DNA of 64,000 bases. Origin: the human T2T-CHM13v2.0 reference genome, Homo sapiens. Position 1 is the first letter of the stretch; each line of letters starts with the position of its first letter. Below are positions 30,453 to 46,564 of this stretch, piece after piece. Made by a program: the position numbers and the translations under genes. The stretch lies in assembly GCF_009914755.1 (NCBI RefSeq), contig NC_060938.1. The stretch is one strand, 5' to 3'. The notes under the pieces are model-generated. The model saw only the letters and a program-made list of their open reading frames with translations. It searched no databases and had not been told where the DNA came from.

Positions 30453-31597
30453 TTTAACTTTTATTTTATGTTCAAGGGTACATGTTCAGATTTGTTATAC
30501 AGGTAAACTCATGTCATAGGGGTTTGTTGTACAGATTATTTTGTCACCCAGGTATTAAGCCTAGTACCCATTAATTATTTTTCTTGATCCTCTCCCTCCT
30601 CCCGTCTTCCACCCTCCAATAGACCCCGGTGTGTGTTGTTCCCTTCTATGTGTTCATGTGTTCTCATCATTTAGCTCCTGCTTATAAATTAGAACATGTG
30701 GTATTTGGCTTTCTGTTCTTGCATTAGTTCACTTAAGATAATGGCCTCCAGCTCCATCCAAGTCCCTGCAAAGGACATTATCTTGTTCTTTTTTGTGGCT
30801 GCATAGTATTTCATGGTGTATATGTATATGTACATTTTCTTTATTCAGTCTACCATTGATGGGCATTTAGGTTGATTCTGTGTCTTTGCTATTGTGGATA
30901 GTGTTGTGATGAACATATACGTTGCATGTGTCTTTATGATATAACGATTTATATTTCTTTGGGTATATACCCAGTAGTGGGATTGCTGGATCAAATGAGA
31001 GTTCTGTTTCAGCTCTTTGAGGAATTGCCACGGTGCTTTCCGCAATGCTTGAATTAATTTATACTCCCACCAACAGTGTATACATGTTCCTTTTTCTCTG
31101 CAACCTCACCAGCATCTGTTATTTTTGGACTTTTTAATAATAGCCATTCTAATTGGTGTGAGATGGTATCTCATTATGGTTTTGATTTGCATCTCTCTAA
31201 TGATCAGTGATGTTGAGCTTTTTCTCATGATTGTTGGCTGTATGTATGTCTTCTTTTGAAAAGCATCTATTTATATCCTTTGCCCACTTTTTAATAGAGT
31301 TGTTCATTTTCTTCTTGTACATTTGTTGAAGTTCCTTATAGATGCTGGCTATTAGACCTTTGTCAGATGCATAGCTTGCAAAAATTTTCTCCTATTCTGT
31401 AGGTTGCCTGTTTAATCTGTTGATAGTTTATTTTGCTCTGCAGAAGTTTTTTAGTTTAATTAGATCCCATTTGTCAATTTTTGCTTTTGTTGCAATTCCT
31501 TTTGGCATCTTTGTCACTAACTCTGCTCATTCCTGCATCCAGAATGGTATTGCCTAGGTTGTCTGGACCAGAGTTTCTATAGTTTTGGATTTTACTA
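30453..31597 (-). mobile_element. Older L1PA (approx. PA10-PA15) 5'-truncated, about 1.15 kb
   Basis: Antisense 3'UTR plus ORF2 end; TSD ATG(T/G)TACCTTT on both sides. Confidence 0.9.
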
Positions 31598-31812
31598 TAA
31601 TGGTACCTTTAATATTAATGAAACCTATAAACCATGAAAGTTACTGTAGAAAATTGTAACAAGAATCTATTTCAACCCTTCTATTGTGCAATATGTTATA
31701 TACACATATCACAGCTTTTTACCTTTAGTAGTAACTAAAATGTGCATGTTTATTGATTCTGCATTTGCCACACTATGTTCCATGAAACACTGATATTCCA
31801 AAAATATTAATA

Positions 31813-32113
31813 CCGTAGTAGTCCCCCCATCCACAGTTTCACTTTCTGTCGTTTCAGTTATGTGCAGTCAAGTGCCATCCAAAAATATTAATATTGAGAG
31901 AAAGTTATTATAAAAATAATAACTTATAGTATATTGTTATCATTGTTTTATTTTATTATTGTTCTTAATCTATTACTGTTAATAATTAAGTAAAGTTTAT
32001 CATAGGTGTGTGTGTGTAGGAAAAAACAGTATGTAGAGAGTTTAGTACATTTTCAGTTTCAGGCATCCAGTATAGATCTTGGAACATATCCCGTATAGAT
32101 AAGAAAGGACTGC
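31813..32113. mobile_element. MER44/Tigger7-family MITE
   Basis: c.gtagtcccccc.atccacagtttcactttc... to ...gataagaaaggactgctg. Confidence 0.75.
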
Positions 32114-32536
32114 TGGAAAGATTCAAATGGGATGAATAAAAGGATTCTCAGGCCTCTCAGTTCTTTCACCATCTTTCACCCAATGATGTCCTTCATCCTT
32201 CCTAAGCCACTGGCTCCAATGGTCACACCCTAGCTCCTTTCATTACTAATAACTATCACTCCTCTATAACTTTCATTTCAGTTATCACTCTCTTCAGTTG
32301 TCACTTCTTTCTATTTAACTCCCTCTAGTAATTGAACTGTGATAAATCTTTGATCACCGTGGACCTCCAATTCTTTTTGATTGGCTCCTTACCTCTTTCA
32401 TTTCCCTCCTTACCTAGCTTACATTATGTAATCAATCGAATACTCTATTAAATATACCTTTAATTTTCATGTCCTTCTCGTCATATTGTCTTTTCTTGGG
32501 TGAATAGTAGCCACCCAGAGATAACAGATAACCCTG

Positions 32537-33255
32537 AATTAACAAGACATTCTTGAAGAAGTTAACCTGCGAGAACTCGCTCGACCAGTTACCGCACTGG
32601 CACAAGGGCAGGTAAATTGCCCAGTAGAATAGAATATAGCCAGAAAGAGATCAAGGCATATGTGGATGCTGGACTTACGGCCAAGGTGGCATTGCAAAAT
32701 TGCAATTTTTTTTTATCATATATTAAGTTTTAGGGTACATGTGCACATTGTGCAGGTTAGTTACATATGTATACATGTGCCATGCTCGTGTGCTGCACCC
32801 ACTAACTCGTCATCTAGCATTAGGTATATCTCCCAATGCTATCCCTCCCCCCTCCCCCCACCCCACAACAGTCCCCAGAGTGTGATGTTCCCCTTCCTGT
32901 GTCCATGTGATCTCATTGTTCAATTCGCACCTATGAGTGAGAATATGCGGTGTTTGGTTTTTTGATTGGGTGTCTTCAAACAGAAACACACATAACTCAA
33001 GTTTATATATCTATCTATTGATGAAAATGTTGTGACCACAGGCTTGCAGCAATCTAAACTTTTATTTCTCCTAGGAGCAGTGGTTCAGTATTAGCTCTTT
33101 CAGAGTGTGTGGCAATTTTATAGAAATAACTATTACAACTACTGAGAATTGACTATTTGATATTTTGTAAACTATTGTAAACGTTATCTTTTGAAAATTC
33201 CACTTTTGTGAAACAAAAAAATAAACCTTTGTCCTTTAGGAAAAAAAAAAAAAAG
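32537..33255 (+). mobile_element. Composite TPRT insertion (probable L1PA2 3' transduction with 5' inversion) inside an L2 remnant
   Basis: 13-bp TSD ACAGATAACCCTG (32524-32536, 33256-33268); AATAAA 33220-33225; A14 tail 33241-33254; contains an antisense L1PA2 3' end (32706-32964) and a Tigger4-like fragment (~32965-33155). Confidence 0.85.
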
Positions 33256-33484
33256 ACAGATAACCCTGTGTTGACCCTTGACTCCTCTTTTGTCCAAATT
33301 CTCAATGTGTATGTAATCCATCATTAATTCCTGTTAATTCTAACCTCTAGAATATATCTTGAAATTATTTACTTTCTCCATCTCCACTGCTACCATTCTG
33401 GGAGAAGCCACAGTTAACCATAGGTGGGCCACAGTCCCATCTGATTACTTAGATAGCAGGCCCTGCTTTTAATCTTTGACCTCG

Positions 33485-33690
33485 TGGTAGGCAGAATTTT
33501 GGACTCATGACTTTCACCTGCTTTTGTTACTCCTGTGAATAAGTTAGGTTATATAGCAAAAGTGACATTGCAGATGACCTTAAAATAGGGAGGTTATCCC
33601 GCATTATTTGGTTGAGCCCAATATAATCACATGAGCCTTAAAAGCAGAGAGAAGGGCAAAAGAGGAAGTCAGAGAGATTGGAAACATCAT
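33485..33690 (+). mobile_element. MLT1 LTR 5' fragment
   Basis: gtggtaggcagaat...gaccttaaaatagggaggttatcc...cccaatataatcacatgagcc. Confidence 0.7.
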
Positions 33691-34480
33691 TTCTTCTTGT
33701 CAGATTATTTCAAAGATGTATTCGAATAATGAATAATGGCCAAATTCACAGGTACACGTTTAGCACTATTTCTTCCTGAATAGAGTATTCCCCATCCTAA
33801 TGACCAATTTCATATTCTTCTTTAAAATAATGAAATTTATCACCTCAGCCCTGTTATTTCTGATATATGTTTTTAAAAATCAAAGAATTTTTAGAAGAAT
33901 CAGATATAGTGTGAAAATGAAAATAAATTTTTAAACAAAAAGCAATAACGTATACTTTCAAATAAATTTGGTCTTTAAAACCGTCCCCTTGGTATGTGTA
34001 CAATTATACAGATACCGTTTGCCCCAATGTTGAAGTTTATCCTAGATATGATTTAATATATGAGCACTTTAGAAAAATTAATGCCTTGCCCTTGAAATCA
34101 CAGGACTTTTTTTTCCCCCTTCTTCCTTTACTTCCTTCATTGCTGTTTAATCCAGACCATTTCCTTCCTCTACCATTTGGCTCAGTAGCCTAGGTTTTCT
34201 GGTCTCCCCAGAGAAGACTGCCGCTGTGCAGACTGAGTGGCATGTAAAGAGCAGAGCTACTCCTACTTTGGGAAGTGCAATCGGGCAGACTTGTCCCATG
34301 AAGTGTATGTCAGGAAAAAGATGGCAGGTAATAAGTTCTTTTGCGTGCTTTTCACAGGCTGAAGGCTGATAACATGGGGATAGTTGAGTACCAGAAATAT
34401 TAGACACAAGAAAATAAATCACTGCCAATAATAGACTTGCTTTCTAACAAATCTTAGGAATTTTTGATTTGGGGAAATCT

Positions 34481-34776
<296 letters not shown>

Positions 34777-34859
34777 TGATTTGGGGAAATCTTTAATAAT
34801 ATCTTTCCTAGGTCGTGACTCTCTTTTGCTTTAGAACTTACACATCACTGATGTAAGAG

Positions 34860-34999
34860 TTCTTTTTTTTGTTTGTTTTAAAGAAGTGGACTCTCACTGT
34901 GTTGCATAGGCTGGTCTCAAACTCCTGGCCTCAAGAAATCCTCTCACCTTGGATTCCAGAAGTGCTGGGATTATTGGCGTGAGCCAGTGAACCTAGCCC
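34860..34999 (-). mobile_element. Alu monomer (FLAM/AluJ left arm)
   Basis: About 135-bp diverged antisense monomer. Confidence 0.8.
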
Positions 35000-35120
35000 T
35001 GAAGTCAGTTCTAAATATTGTCAAACATAGAGTATTTTACTATCATTGGGCCCTAGATAATCTTTATATTTTGTCATCTTGACTGCTGACATAAGGTAAT
35101 TGAGCATCATATCTAGAAAG

Positions 35121-35428
35121 TTTTTTTTTTTTTTTTTTTTTTTTTTTTGAGATGGAGTCTCGCCCTGTCGCCCAGGTTGGAGTGCAGTGGCTCAATCTCG
35201 GCTCACTGCAACTCCGCCTCCCGGGTTCATGCCATTCTCCTGCCTCAGCCTCCCGAGTAGCTGGGACTGCAGGCGCCCACCACCACACCCGGCTACTTTT
35301 TTGTATTTTTAGTAGAGATAGGGTTTCACCATGTTAGCCAGGATGGTCTCGATCTCCTGACCTCGTGATCCGCCCGCCTCGGGCTCCCAAAGTGCTGGGA
35401 TTACAGGCATGAGCCACCGCGCCCGGCC
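35121..35428 (-). mobile_element. AluY
   Basis: Long T tail, CpG-rich, TSD CATATCTA(G/C)AA(A/G)GTTTT. Confidence 0.93.
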
Positions 35429-36139
35429 ATATCTACAAGGTTTTAATGTAGATATCATTCAGACTAATTTCTGTAATCTTGTCATTGTTATTTCCTCAAA
35501 GTGCTGTACCACAAATAAGAAAATAATTTGAATGCAATTAGAAAAAAAAATTTACTTTTATCCCAAAGCATTAGTAAGACATGGTTAGCAATAATGCATA
35601 TATTTTACCTTACTTATTAAACTTGTCGTGCTTCTCAACGCATTTCTTCCTGAGGTTGGACATTTTTATAATATAATTTAGCATTTTTAAACCTATGTAT
35701 ATTTTTTCTCTCAAAAAGTCTTGTATTCCACTTATATTGTTTAATGACCTGTTCAGTCAGTGTGTGATTCTCAGTTGGGAACTTTCAAAGTAATTGAACA
35801 TAATTTTTCTCTAACCCAACTTTTATTTCTATCTGATTTTATATATGATTTCCATAATTATATTATTGTTCAAATAGAGCAAATCAAAGGTCCCTCCTTT
35901 GTACCATTAACATGTATCCACTTTTCAACTATTTTTTCTCTGTTAAAACATTTTAAAAATATAGCTACATTTGGAAATGATATAAAAGTATACTTTATTT
36001 AAAATACTGTAGGAAAATTTCAAACATTGTTGTCTTGTGTAAAATTGTAACTCCAGGTCTGCTCAGATACTACACCTTTGCTTTAAAACATGCCTTTTCT
36101 CTGAATGCCACTGAAATTGTGAGATTAAAACCTATACGT

Positions 36140-36270
36140 TCTTTTTTTTTTCTTTCCAACTTTTATTTTAGTTCAGGGTGTACATTTGCAGGTTTGTTAC
36201 ATGGGTAAATTGCATGTCCCGAGGGTTTGGTGTACAGATTATTTTGTCACCCAAGTAATAAGCATAGTTT
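36140..36270 (-). mobile_element. Short L1PA16/L1PB 3' end
   Basis: ccaacttttattttagttcagggtgtacatttgcaggtttgttacatgggtaaattgcatgtc. Confidence 0.8.
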
Positions 36271-36524
36271 TTGGATCATTTGGTTGGGTATCTTTTTTTT
36301 TAATGGAAACCAGAATGGTATTTATTATTTTACATTTGGGAGAGGAGATATCCTAAAGGGTCCAGAATACATAAGTCTCTTACGTATGATACTCCTTTTT
36401 TTGTTACTGAGGTATACTTATAAGTGCAGATAAGTAATCAGAAGGTTCCTTGGTAAGCGCTGAATTAGAACAAAGGCAGTTAGGTAATTTGGAGTTTAAT
36501 AGCCTAGAGTACCTGATAGAGATG

Positions 36525-36740
36525 TGCTGGGGGCCACAACCCTGTATGTAATTTTAAAGTTTCTAAGTAGCCACATTTTAAAAAGTAAAAACAGATGAAA
36601 TTAACTTTAATAATATATTTAACCCAATATATCAAAATGTTATTTTAACATGTAGTCAATATATTAAAATTATTCTGTTTTTCATACTAAGTATTCAAAA
36701 TCTGGTGTGTATTTTACACTTTTGTACATCTCAACTCATT
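36525..36740. mobile_element. MER3/MER33-like Charlie MITE fragment
   Basis: tttctaagtagccacattttaaaaagtaaaa...aaatctggtgtgtattttacact. Confidence 0.7.
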
Positions 36741-37590
36741 CATTTCCTAGTTCCTTCAGTTGCTTAAGAAAAATTACTGAATGTTTCTGTCTCAATTTTC
36801 CCATTTTTATAATAGAGATAATTGCAAGGATTAAATTAGATAATATATGATACACAGTTGGCACATGATCTTATATAAAGCTTAGTTGCTTTCTAAAAAA
36901 TATTTCAAACAGTTGAATATGACGTATAATGGCATCACTGTCTCAAGGCAAAGAACATTTTAAGGATTAAATTATCTGTAACTCCCGAATTCTCATCTCT
37001 TCCCCTTGGACAGTGCTGGGCACACACGTCTCTCTGACTCCCTATTCAAATTACGTAAAAAAAGAAGCAGAATCAATGTTCGTTCACCAGTTGTAGCACA
37101 TGTGTCACACTAATGCAAGATGTTAATAACAAGGGAAACAAGGTCATGGGGAAGGAAGGGCAGAAATATGTGAATGCTCTAATTTCTGCTCTATTTTTCT
37201 GTAAACCTAAAGCTACTATAAAAAGTAAAAAGCTATGATTTCTTTCTTAAAAAAGTCAAACATGTTTGCTGTCAGTTCCTGATGCATGTTAGCTGTGACA
37301 GAATACGGCAGTAAAAGTGACAGTTTCAGCATTATTAAAATCATCAATAAGAGGAGCTTAGTTATGGGTAAAAAATCTAACAATATTTTCTCTGTCAATA
37401 GTCATTCATTATCTACCTCTTTTAAACTAATACATGGAAAATATATGCACAAAATGGTTGTTTTTCCTCCATGGTTGTTGGGGTGAATACTGGGAGTTAT
37501 TGGTAGCATTCTGATGGTAATGGCAGAAATCTTTCATACATTTTAAACACTATTGCTGGTTTTGAGAATATTTTCTTCTCCTAATTTCAG

Positions 37591-37648
37591 GTTGGGTGGG
37601 ACTATATCAGCATACAAGATAGTACCAGATGAAATAGAAGAAATCAAG
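37591..37648 (+). CDS. GPHN: Gephyrin internal coding exon (exon 3; approx. aa 48-67, G domain)
   Basis: Acceptor ttttcttctcctaatttcag| and donor AAG|gtatag. After one leading base the exon translates as [19 protein letters not shown], identical to the remembered gephyrin sequence ...[28 protein letters not shown]...; 58 nt, phase 2 to 0. Confidence 0.97.
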
Positions 37649-38010
37649 GTATAGTATGGCATTTTTCACCTCTACAAACATTTAGCATCTTGGTGAGGGG
37701 TGGGGAAGAGTTGCTTTTTCTTTATGCCATTGATATTTGGCTATGTTAGAATATTATTTAATTCTCAGTTATCATAGTGAATTAAAAATTTATATGTATC
37801 AGATAATCACCATCAGATTTATCTGCCATTTGCAATGAATTTCTGACTACAATATTAGGAGAATCGAAAAGGAACCCTTTCCTGTGTAGTTCATTAAAAA
37901 TCTACATAAGAAAACACTGTGTATAAGCATTGGTGTGCATAGTGGATTATCTTTTTATCTTGTTGCAATTTCTTTTCCCTATAAGCCTTCACCACTTTTA
38001 AATATCAGTC

Positions 38011-39460
<1,450 letters not shown>

Positions 39461-39852
39461 TACATATTTTTCTGGGTTCCTTTGAAAACACGATATGCCA
39501 ATTGCAATTAAAAATTTACATTACAGTAATGAAAAATTGACTTACTCTTTAAAAATTAGAGCATTATGACATTATTCTGTCTCTAACATTTTACTAAGTC
39601 TTATGGAATATTAATTTTCTAACATAATATGTTGTTCTTTTTCAAAAGCAAGATTGAATAATTGGATATTAATAATGAAGAATAAACAATACTGGTTAAA
39701 TTGTTAACAATGACATGTAAAGATCTCAACAAATCACTAAGCTTGATTTGATTAAACTTTTCAATATCAAGTTCACTAAATTCAAATCTTTCAATAAATT
39801 CAAATTCAATTCAAAATAATTATTTAATTCTATGACTCAAGACTCAAGGGGC

Positions 39853-40168
39853 TTTTTTTTTTTTTTTTTTTTTTTTTTTTGAGACAGTCTCGCTCTGTCA
39901 CCCAGGCTGCAGTGCAGTGGCATGATCTCAGCTCACTGCAGCCTCCAACCTCCTGGGTTCAAGTGATTTTCCTGCCTCAGCCTCCCGAGTAGCTTGGATT
40001 ATAGGCACATGACACCACACCCAGCTAATTTTTTTTTTAATTTTATTTTAGTAGAGATAAATTTTCTTCAAGTTGGCCAGGCTGGTCTTGAACCCCTGAC
40101 CTCAGGTGATCCATCTGCCTCGGCCTCCCAAAGTGCTGGGATTAAGGCATGAGCCACTGCGCCCAGCC
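39853..40168 (-). mobile_element. AluS (Sx/Sz-like)
   Basis: Full antisense Alu, long T tail, TSD core CTCAAGGG. Confidence 0.92.
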
Positions 40169-40699
40169 TCAAGGGACATTTTTGAAAAGAAAAAAATCTT
40201 GTAATTTGTTTGCATTATTTTTAAATCAAGTAAGCCCATTGATCTATTATATGATACACTATTAGCTTCAGTATGTCAAGTGTTCTAATGTATGGTCAAC
40301 ATCAGAAATTAATGTGGTAATTCTAGCTTCAAAAAAAATTTCAAGAAATTTATTCCAACTTTGTGTGAACTTGTAAAATATTTTAGCTAGGAGGAACTTT
40401 AGGTCTAATCCAGATCTCTCATTTTTCATATGAGGAAATTGAATAAATATTTTATTTGACATTCAATAATGACTTCTAAAAATATCATCAAATGTTGTTA
40501 AAGGGTTGGAAAAGCATGAGGATATTACTTCTTGAAATATATTTTATAATGACTCAAAAATTGAACTCTAGAAACTTTAAGCAATTAATAAATATATATA
40601 AATAAGCAACATTTATGTAAAGAATATTGAATTGAAATTATGTATTATAAAGGCACCCTGTCTGATAATACAATTAAAATGTGTGTTAACTGATGAAGA

Positions 40700-41560
40700 T
40701 AAACCAAGAGTTTTATGGAAATACATAGAAGGGACACCTGGACATTGGAAAAAGTAAATCAGCAAAGTCTTTCCAAGAGGTAACCCCCAGGAAATTGGAG
40801 TTTTATACAGAAGCATAGACATGAAATAATAGGATACCAGATTATAGGGTATAAAATAAAGACTGGTAAGATAAAGGGCTGGAAGCAGGCCTTTATCCCA
40901 TGTTAAGAAGTTTGGTTTTTATCCTGAAAATTATGGGATTCCTTTATGTGATTTTTAAGGAAGAAAGTAACATAATCATTTTGATACTTTTTTAAAGCCT
41001 TACTGTGGTGAATGAGAAAAGTGATTTCAGCAGAGAAGAGGTTCTACCTAGATGGAAGGAGACCAGGTTGCAGGAATGTAGGCACAAAATGATTAGAACC
41101 TGAACTCAAGCAGTGACAATGAGGCTAGAGAAGAAAACAAGATTTGAAAAATATTATTTCAGAAAGTAAAATCAGCAATACTTGATAACTTATTGGATGT
41201 TTAGGGGAAATTGGAAAGATTGACTCAGATTTCTGGCTTGGGAAATTGAGTAGATGGTGTTGCTGTTAACTTAAAAAGGATGTTTTGGAGACAGAATATT
41301 ATTAATAGGAAAGAGGATGTTTTGGACTTACTGAGTTTGAGGTCCCTCTCAGATTACCAAATATCCAATAAGTCATTGAATAAATCAGCCTGGAACTCAG
41401 AAGAGAGACACAATCTAGTAATTGATATTAAGGTTTGTCCTCATACAAAAGAGTTAATTGAGGCCATGCTAGTCAGTGAATGGAATCTCACGGAAAAGTT
41501 ATATGAGGTATTAAAATTGGGCTGAAGATGTAACCTTAAGGAAGACTTACCCTAAAGGCA
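40700..41560 (+). mobile_element. L2 remnant
   Basis: Degenerate L2 motifs (gttaagaagtttggtttttatcctg, gatttctggcttgggaaattgagtagatggtg); strand and limits approximate. Confidence 0.6.
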
Positions 41561-42286
41561 GAGTATTAATATATTATTTAATTAGTTTAATTAATAGCAG
41601 GACTTTTGCCTGTTTTTAAATAGTGATTTTTTTCCTAAAGGAATCAGCTTTTTTTTTTTCATTGTGTGTGCTTTTTTTATTTTAGAGTTACAAGAGTTAT
41701 CCCTCAGGAGATTCCTTTTAAAAAAAGCAGGATTCATGGATGATATGTAACATAATTTTTCCGTCGATTACTGGTATTATATCTAAAATAACTTGAGAGT
41801 TTGAGGCCTGAGGCATTAAAAAAATGAGGAATTCATCTTGCTTTCAAAGTACTCAAAGAAAAACTGTTCTAAAACATTTCACCAATATTTGATGGCACAT
41901 TAGCATTTTCAGCTGAAATCAGTTACAATCGTTTTTGTTTTAGCTGAAAGAAATGTGAAGCATACGGATGTAATGTTCATTTCAGTTGGGTAATATCTGA
42001 GTAATCTTAAATTGTCTAAACAGAACAATTGAGTTTGAATTTGATATGCTACCTATAGTATATACCATGTATAAATAAATATGCATATGTATTTTTGTTA
42101 TTAAAATAATATGACTGATTAAACATAAATCACATTTTGGCAGATGTGGGAATCTTTCACAGTTTTCTAGCACCAGAAATTATCAAGTTCATAAATTTTT
42201 TCAATTACACGTATATTTATTGATTGTAATAAATCACTTCAAAACTGAATGGATTCTTAGCCCTTAGCCACATAAAGAGTGAATAA

Positions 42287-42643
<357 letters not shown>

Positions 42644-43661
42644 TACTATTATGATTTTTATCATTATCAATTCCTTGCTTTTGTTCCGTTTTACCAACTA
42701 TATACACATCCCTAAACATTACAATTCATGTTTGCTCTCTTTGAACTTCATATGAATTAAATCATATTGTATGCAGTTTTTTTGTGTCTTGCTTTTTTAT
42801 CAACCGTTTTTGTAGGATTCATTCATGTTATTGACTGTAACTAAGGTCTTTGTTTAATTGTAAAATACACCACTGTACCACAGATCACTGAGACATCCTA
42901 CTGTTGAATATTTAGCTTGTTTCCATTTGGGACGATTATGAAAAGTGATGCTATAAACATTATTATAAGAGCATCCTGGTACTCATGTATAAGTTTCTCT
43001 GAAGTGTATACTGAAGAGTGGAATTCCTGGGTATTAAGAAACATGTATTTTCAACTTTCCTGACTGAAATCTCACTTTTCTAAAGTAGTTATGCCAGTTT
43101 ACACTACCATCTTGAATGCATTTATTTTAAATAGATATATTTAAATATTCTTTGTCTGCAATGTATATTACTATAGATTTTATTTATATGTGAGGTGACT
43201 AAATTGATACAATATTTTTAAAATGTGTCTGTTTTTCCAGCCCATGGGAAAAATCCTGAGGGATAATTCTTAATGAAAAAGTCCATTTTTGCCCCACTGG
43301 TTTGAATTTTGCCTCATGTATCTCATACTAAATTTTCCAATTTAGGACATATGCATACTTAAGTCTGTCTTTTCCTGAACTTCTGTTCCATTAATCTATT
43401 TATTCTTTTCTCAGCACTGTATGGTTTTGATTATAGTGCTTTTTTAGCATAGTAGGAAAGGTCCTGTGTTGTTTTTCTTTTTTATTTTATTGGCTCATGT
43501 ATTGATTGCTCCAGATAACATTATAATATCTCTGTCATGTTTCAAAAGTATTCCTGCTGAGGAGACTTCCAGCCAAGATGGAGTAGCTTTATTCCTTCCA
43601 GATCCTTCCTATTACTACTAAAAATGCCTAGGCATTATAAAATAAACATAGAAAGATTCTG

Positions 43662-44138
<477 letters not shown>

Positions 44139-46209
44139 TCAACCTGGAACCACCAACAGGTGGCGTAAACAAAAAATACCCCTACAAAAGCCTGTTTGTC
44201 TAGCCAACAGACAAGGACAAGGGTCACCTAAGAGGCAAGAATGGCTTTTCAGCAATATTTGCCCTACTACAGCTAAGCACCAATGGAAAAACTGTTCAGT
44301 TCCCTTATAGTTTCAGTTGAGTCAAGCAGGCAGCTGATATTCCACATCACCCCCTGCCATCCCACAGAAGTAAGTGGCATAGTTCTGAATCCCTCACCTG
44401 GTGGTGGCAGCAGGGCTGAGTAGGGAGCTATTCTTCCATCTTTCACCTGGCAGAGCAGATGTCACTCTGATTTCCTGGCTATGATATTAAAGTTGAAACC
44501 AAGCAGAAGTTGATCTATCACCAGCCCAGTGGAAACAAGCTGTGCTCCAGTTTTCCCAGCAGGGTAGTGTCAGTGGAGTCCAGTGATGAGCTGAGCCTCC
44601 ATCCCCATTCAGTATCAGTGAGACTTAACAAGGCAGCACAAAGTAGAGCTAGTTACCACTATTTCACCTTTCCTTTCCCACGTAAGTGAGGCCTGGCAGA
44701 GAGGTGAACCTCTACCCCCAGCTGTATCAACAAGGCTAAGCCAGGTGAGGCTATTCGTACTTCTGCTCACAATATGAGTCAACCATCTACTCTCCCCAAC
44801 CCTTGGTATTAGCATGCGCCCCTACTTGGTATCAACAGTGGAGCAAGGTAATGTCAACTTTCACCAGAAAGGTCTCAGCAGAGCCAAGAAGGGAGCTGAA
44901 CTTCTACCTTACAGTCTTAAATTAAGCAGTGTGAATCAGTGCTTCACTTTTGCCAGAGTGGTGTCAGTGAGACCTTGCAGAAGCTGAACATACATGTCCA
45001 TAAGGCCCTTGTGTTACATTGCGACATGGGGGACATCTGCTAAAAAAGATTAAATAGTCTCAAATATAAAATACCAAATGTCCTAGGTGACAATAAAAAT
45101 ATCAGTCATCATACCAAGAACAAGGAAAATCACAGCATGAGTGAGAAAAAAACAGTCTACAGACACCAACACAAAGAAGATTCAGGTGTTGAAATTATCT
45201 GACAAAGATTTTAAAGCACCTATTATAAAAGTGCTTCAATAAGCAACTATGAATTCTCTTTAAAAATGAAAAAATGGAAAATCTTGCCAAATAAAAATTA
45301 TAAAAGGAACCAAATGAAAATTATAGAACTGAGAAATACCATCACCAATATAGAAAACTCACAGGGGGCAACAGACGGAAGTGGCACAACATTTTTCAAG
45401 TGCTGGAAAAAAGAACTGTCAACTACAAATGCCATATTCAGTGAAGTTATTCTTCAAGAATGAATAAGGACATACTCAAACGCGAAAACTAAAAGAATGT
45501 GTCACTAGAAAACCACTCTGAAAGAGTGGCTAAATAAATTCTTTAAAGGGAAAGGAAGTAATAGAAAAAGGCCTGAAATTTCAGAAAGGAGAAAACAGCA
45601 GAATGGGTCAATACAATAGATTGTATTTTCTTATAATTTTTAAAATCACAGTTATACTGTATAATATGGTATTCTATATATGTACATACTTAACACAATC
45701 ATATTTAAAATGTGGAAGGGTAAAGTTGCCTAAATGGAGGTAAGATTTCTGTATTTCACTTGGAATGATAAAATGTCAATACTGGTAGAGTGTGGTAAGT
45801 TATATCTGTATATTGTAATACTGAGAACAGCCACTAAGAAAAGTATACAAAGCAATATACTCAAAACGCTATGAATAAAGGTAGAATTCTAAAAAGTGTT
45901 TAAGTGATTCACAATAAGCAAGCATATAAAAACAGGAAAAAGAAACAGGACAAAAACAGAAAATAGATAATAAAATGGCAGACTTAAGGCCTATGGTCTT
46001 AATACTTACCTTAAATATAAATAATCTAAATATGCCAATTAAAAGACAGATTTTGACAGAATGGATTTTTAAAAAATGATCCAATAAATGCCATTCTAAA
46101 GAAACTAATTTCAAAAATGATGACATAAGTAGGTAGTAAGCAATAGGATACAGAAGGATGGCGAAAGATTTATGTGTGAACACAAATTTTAAAAAAAAAA
46201 GCAGGAGTG

Positions 46210-46564
<355 letters not shown>

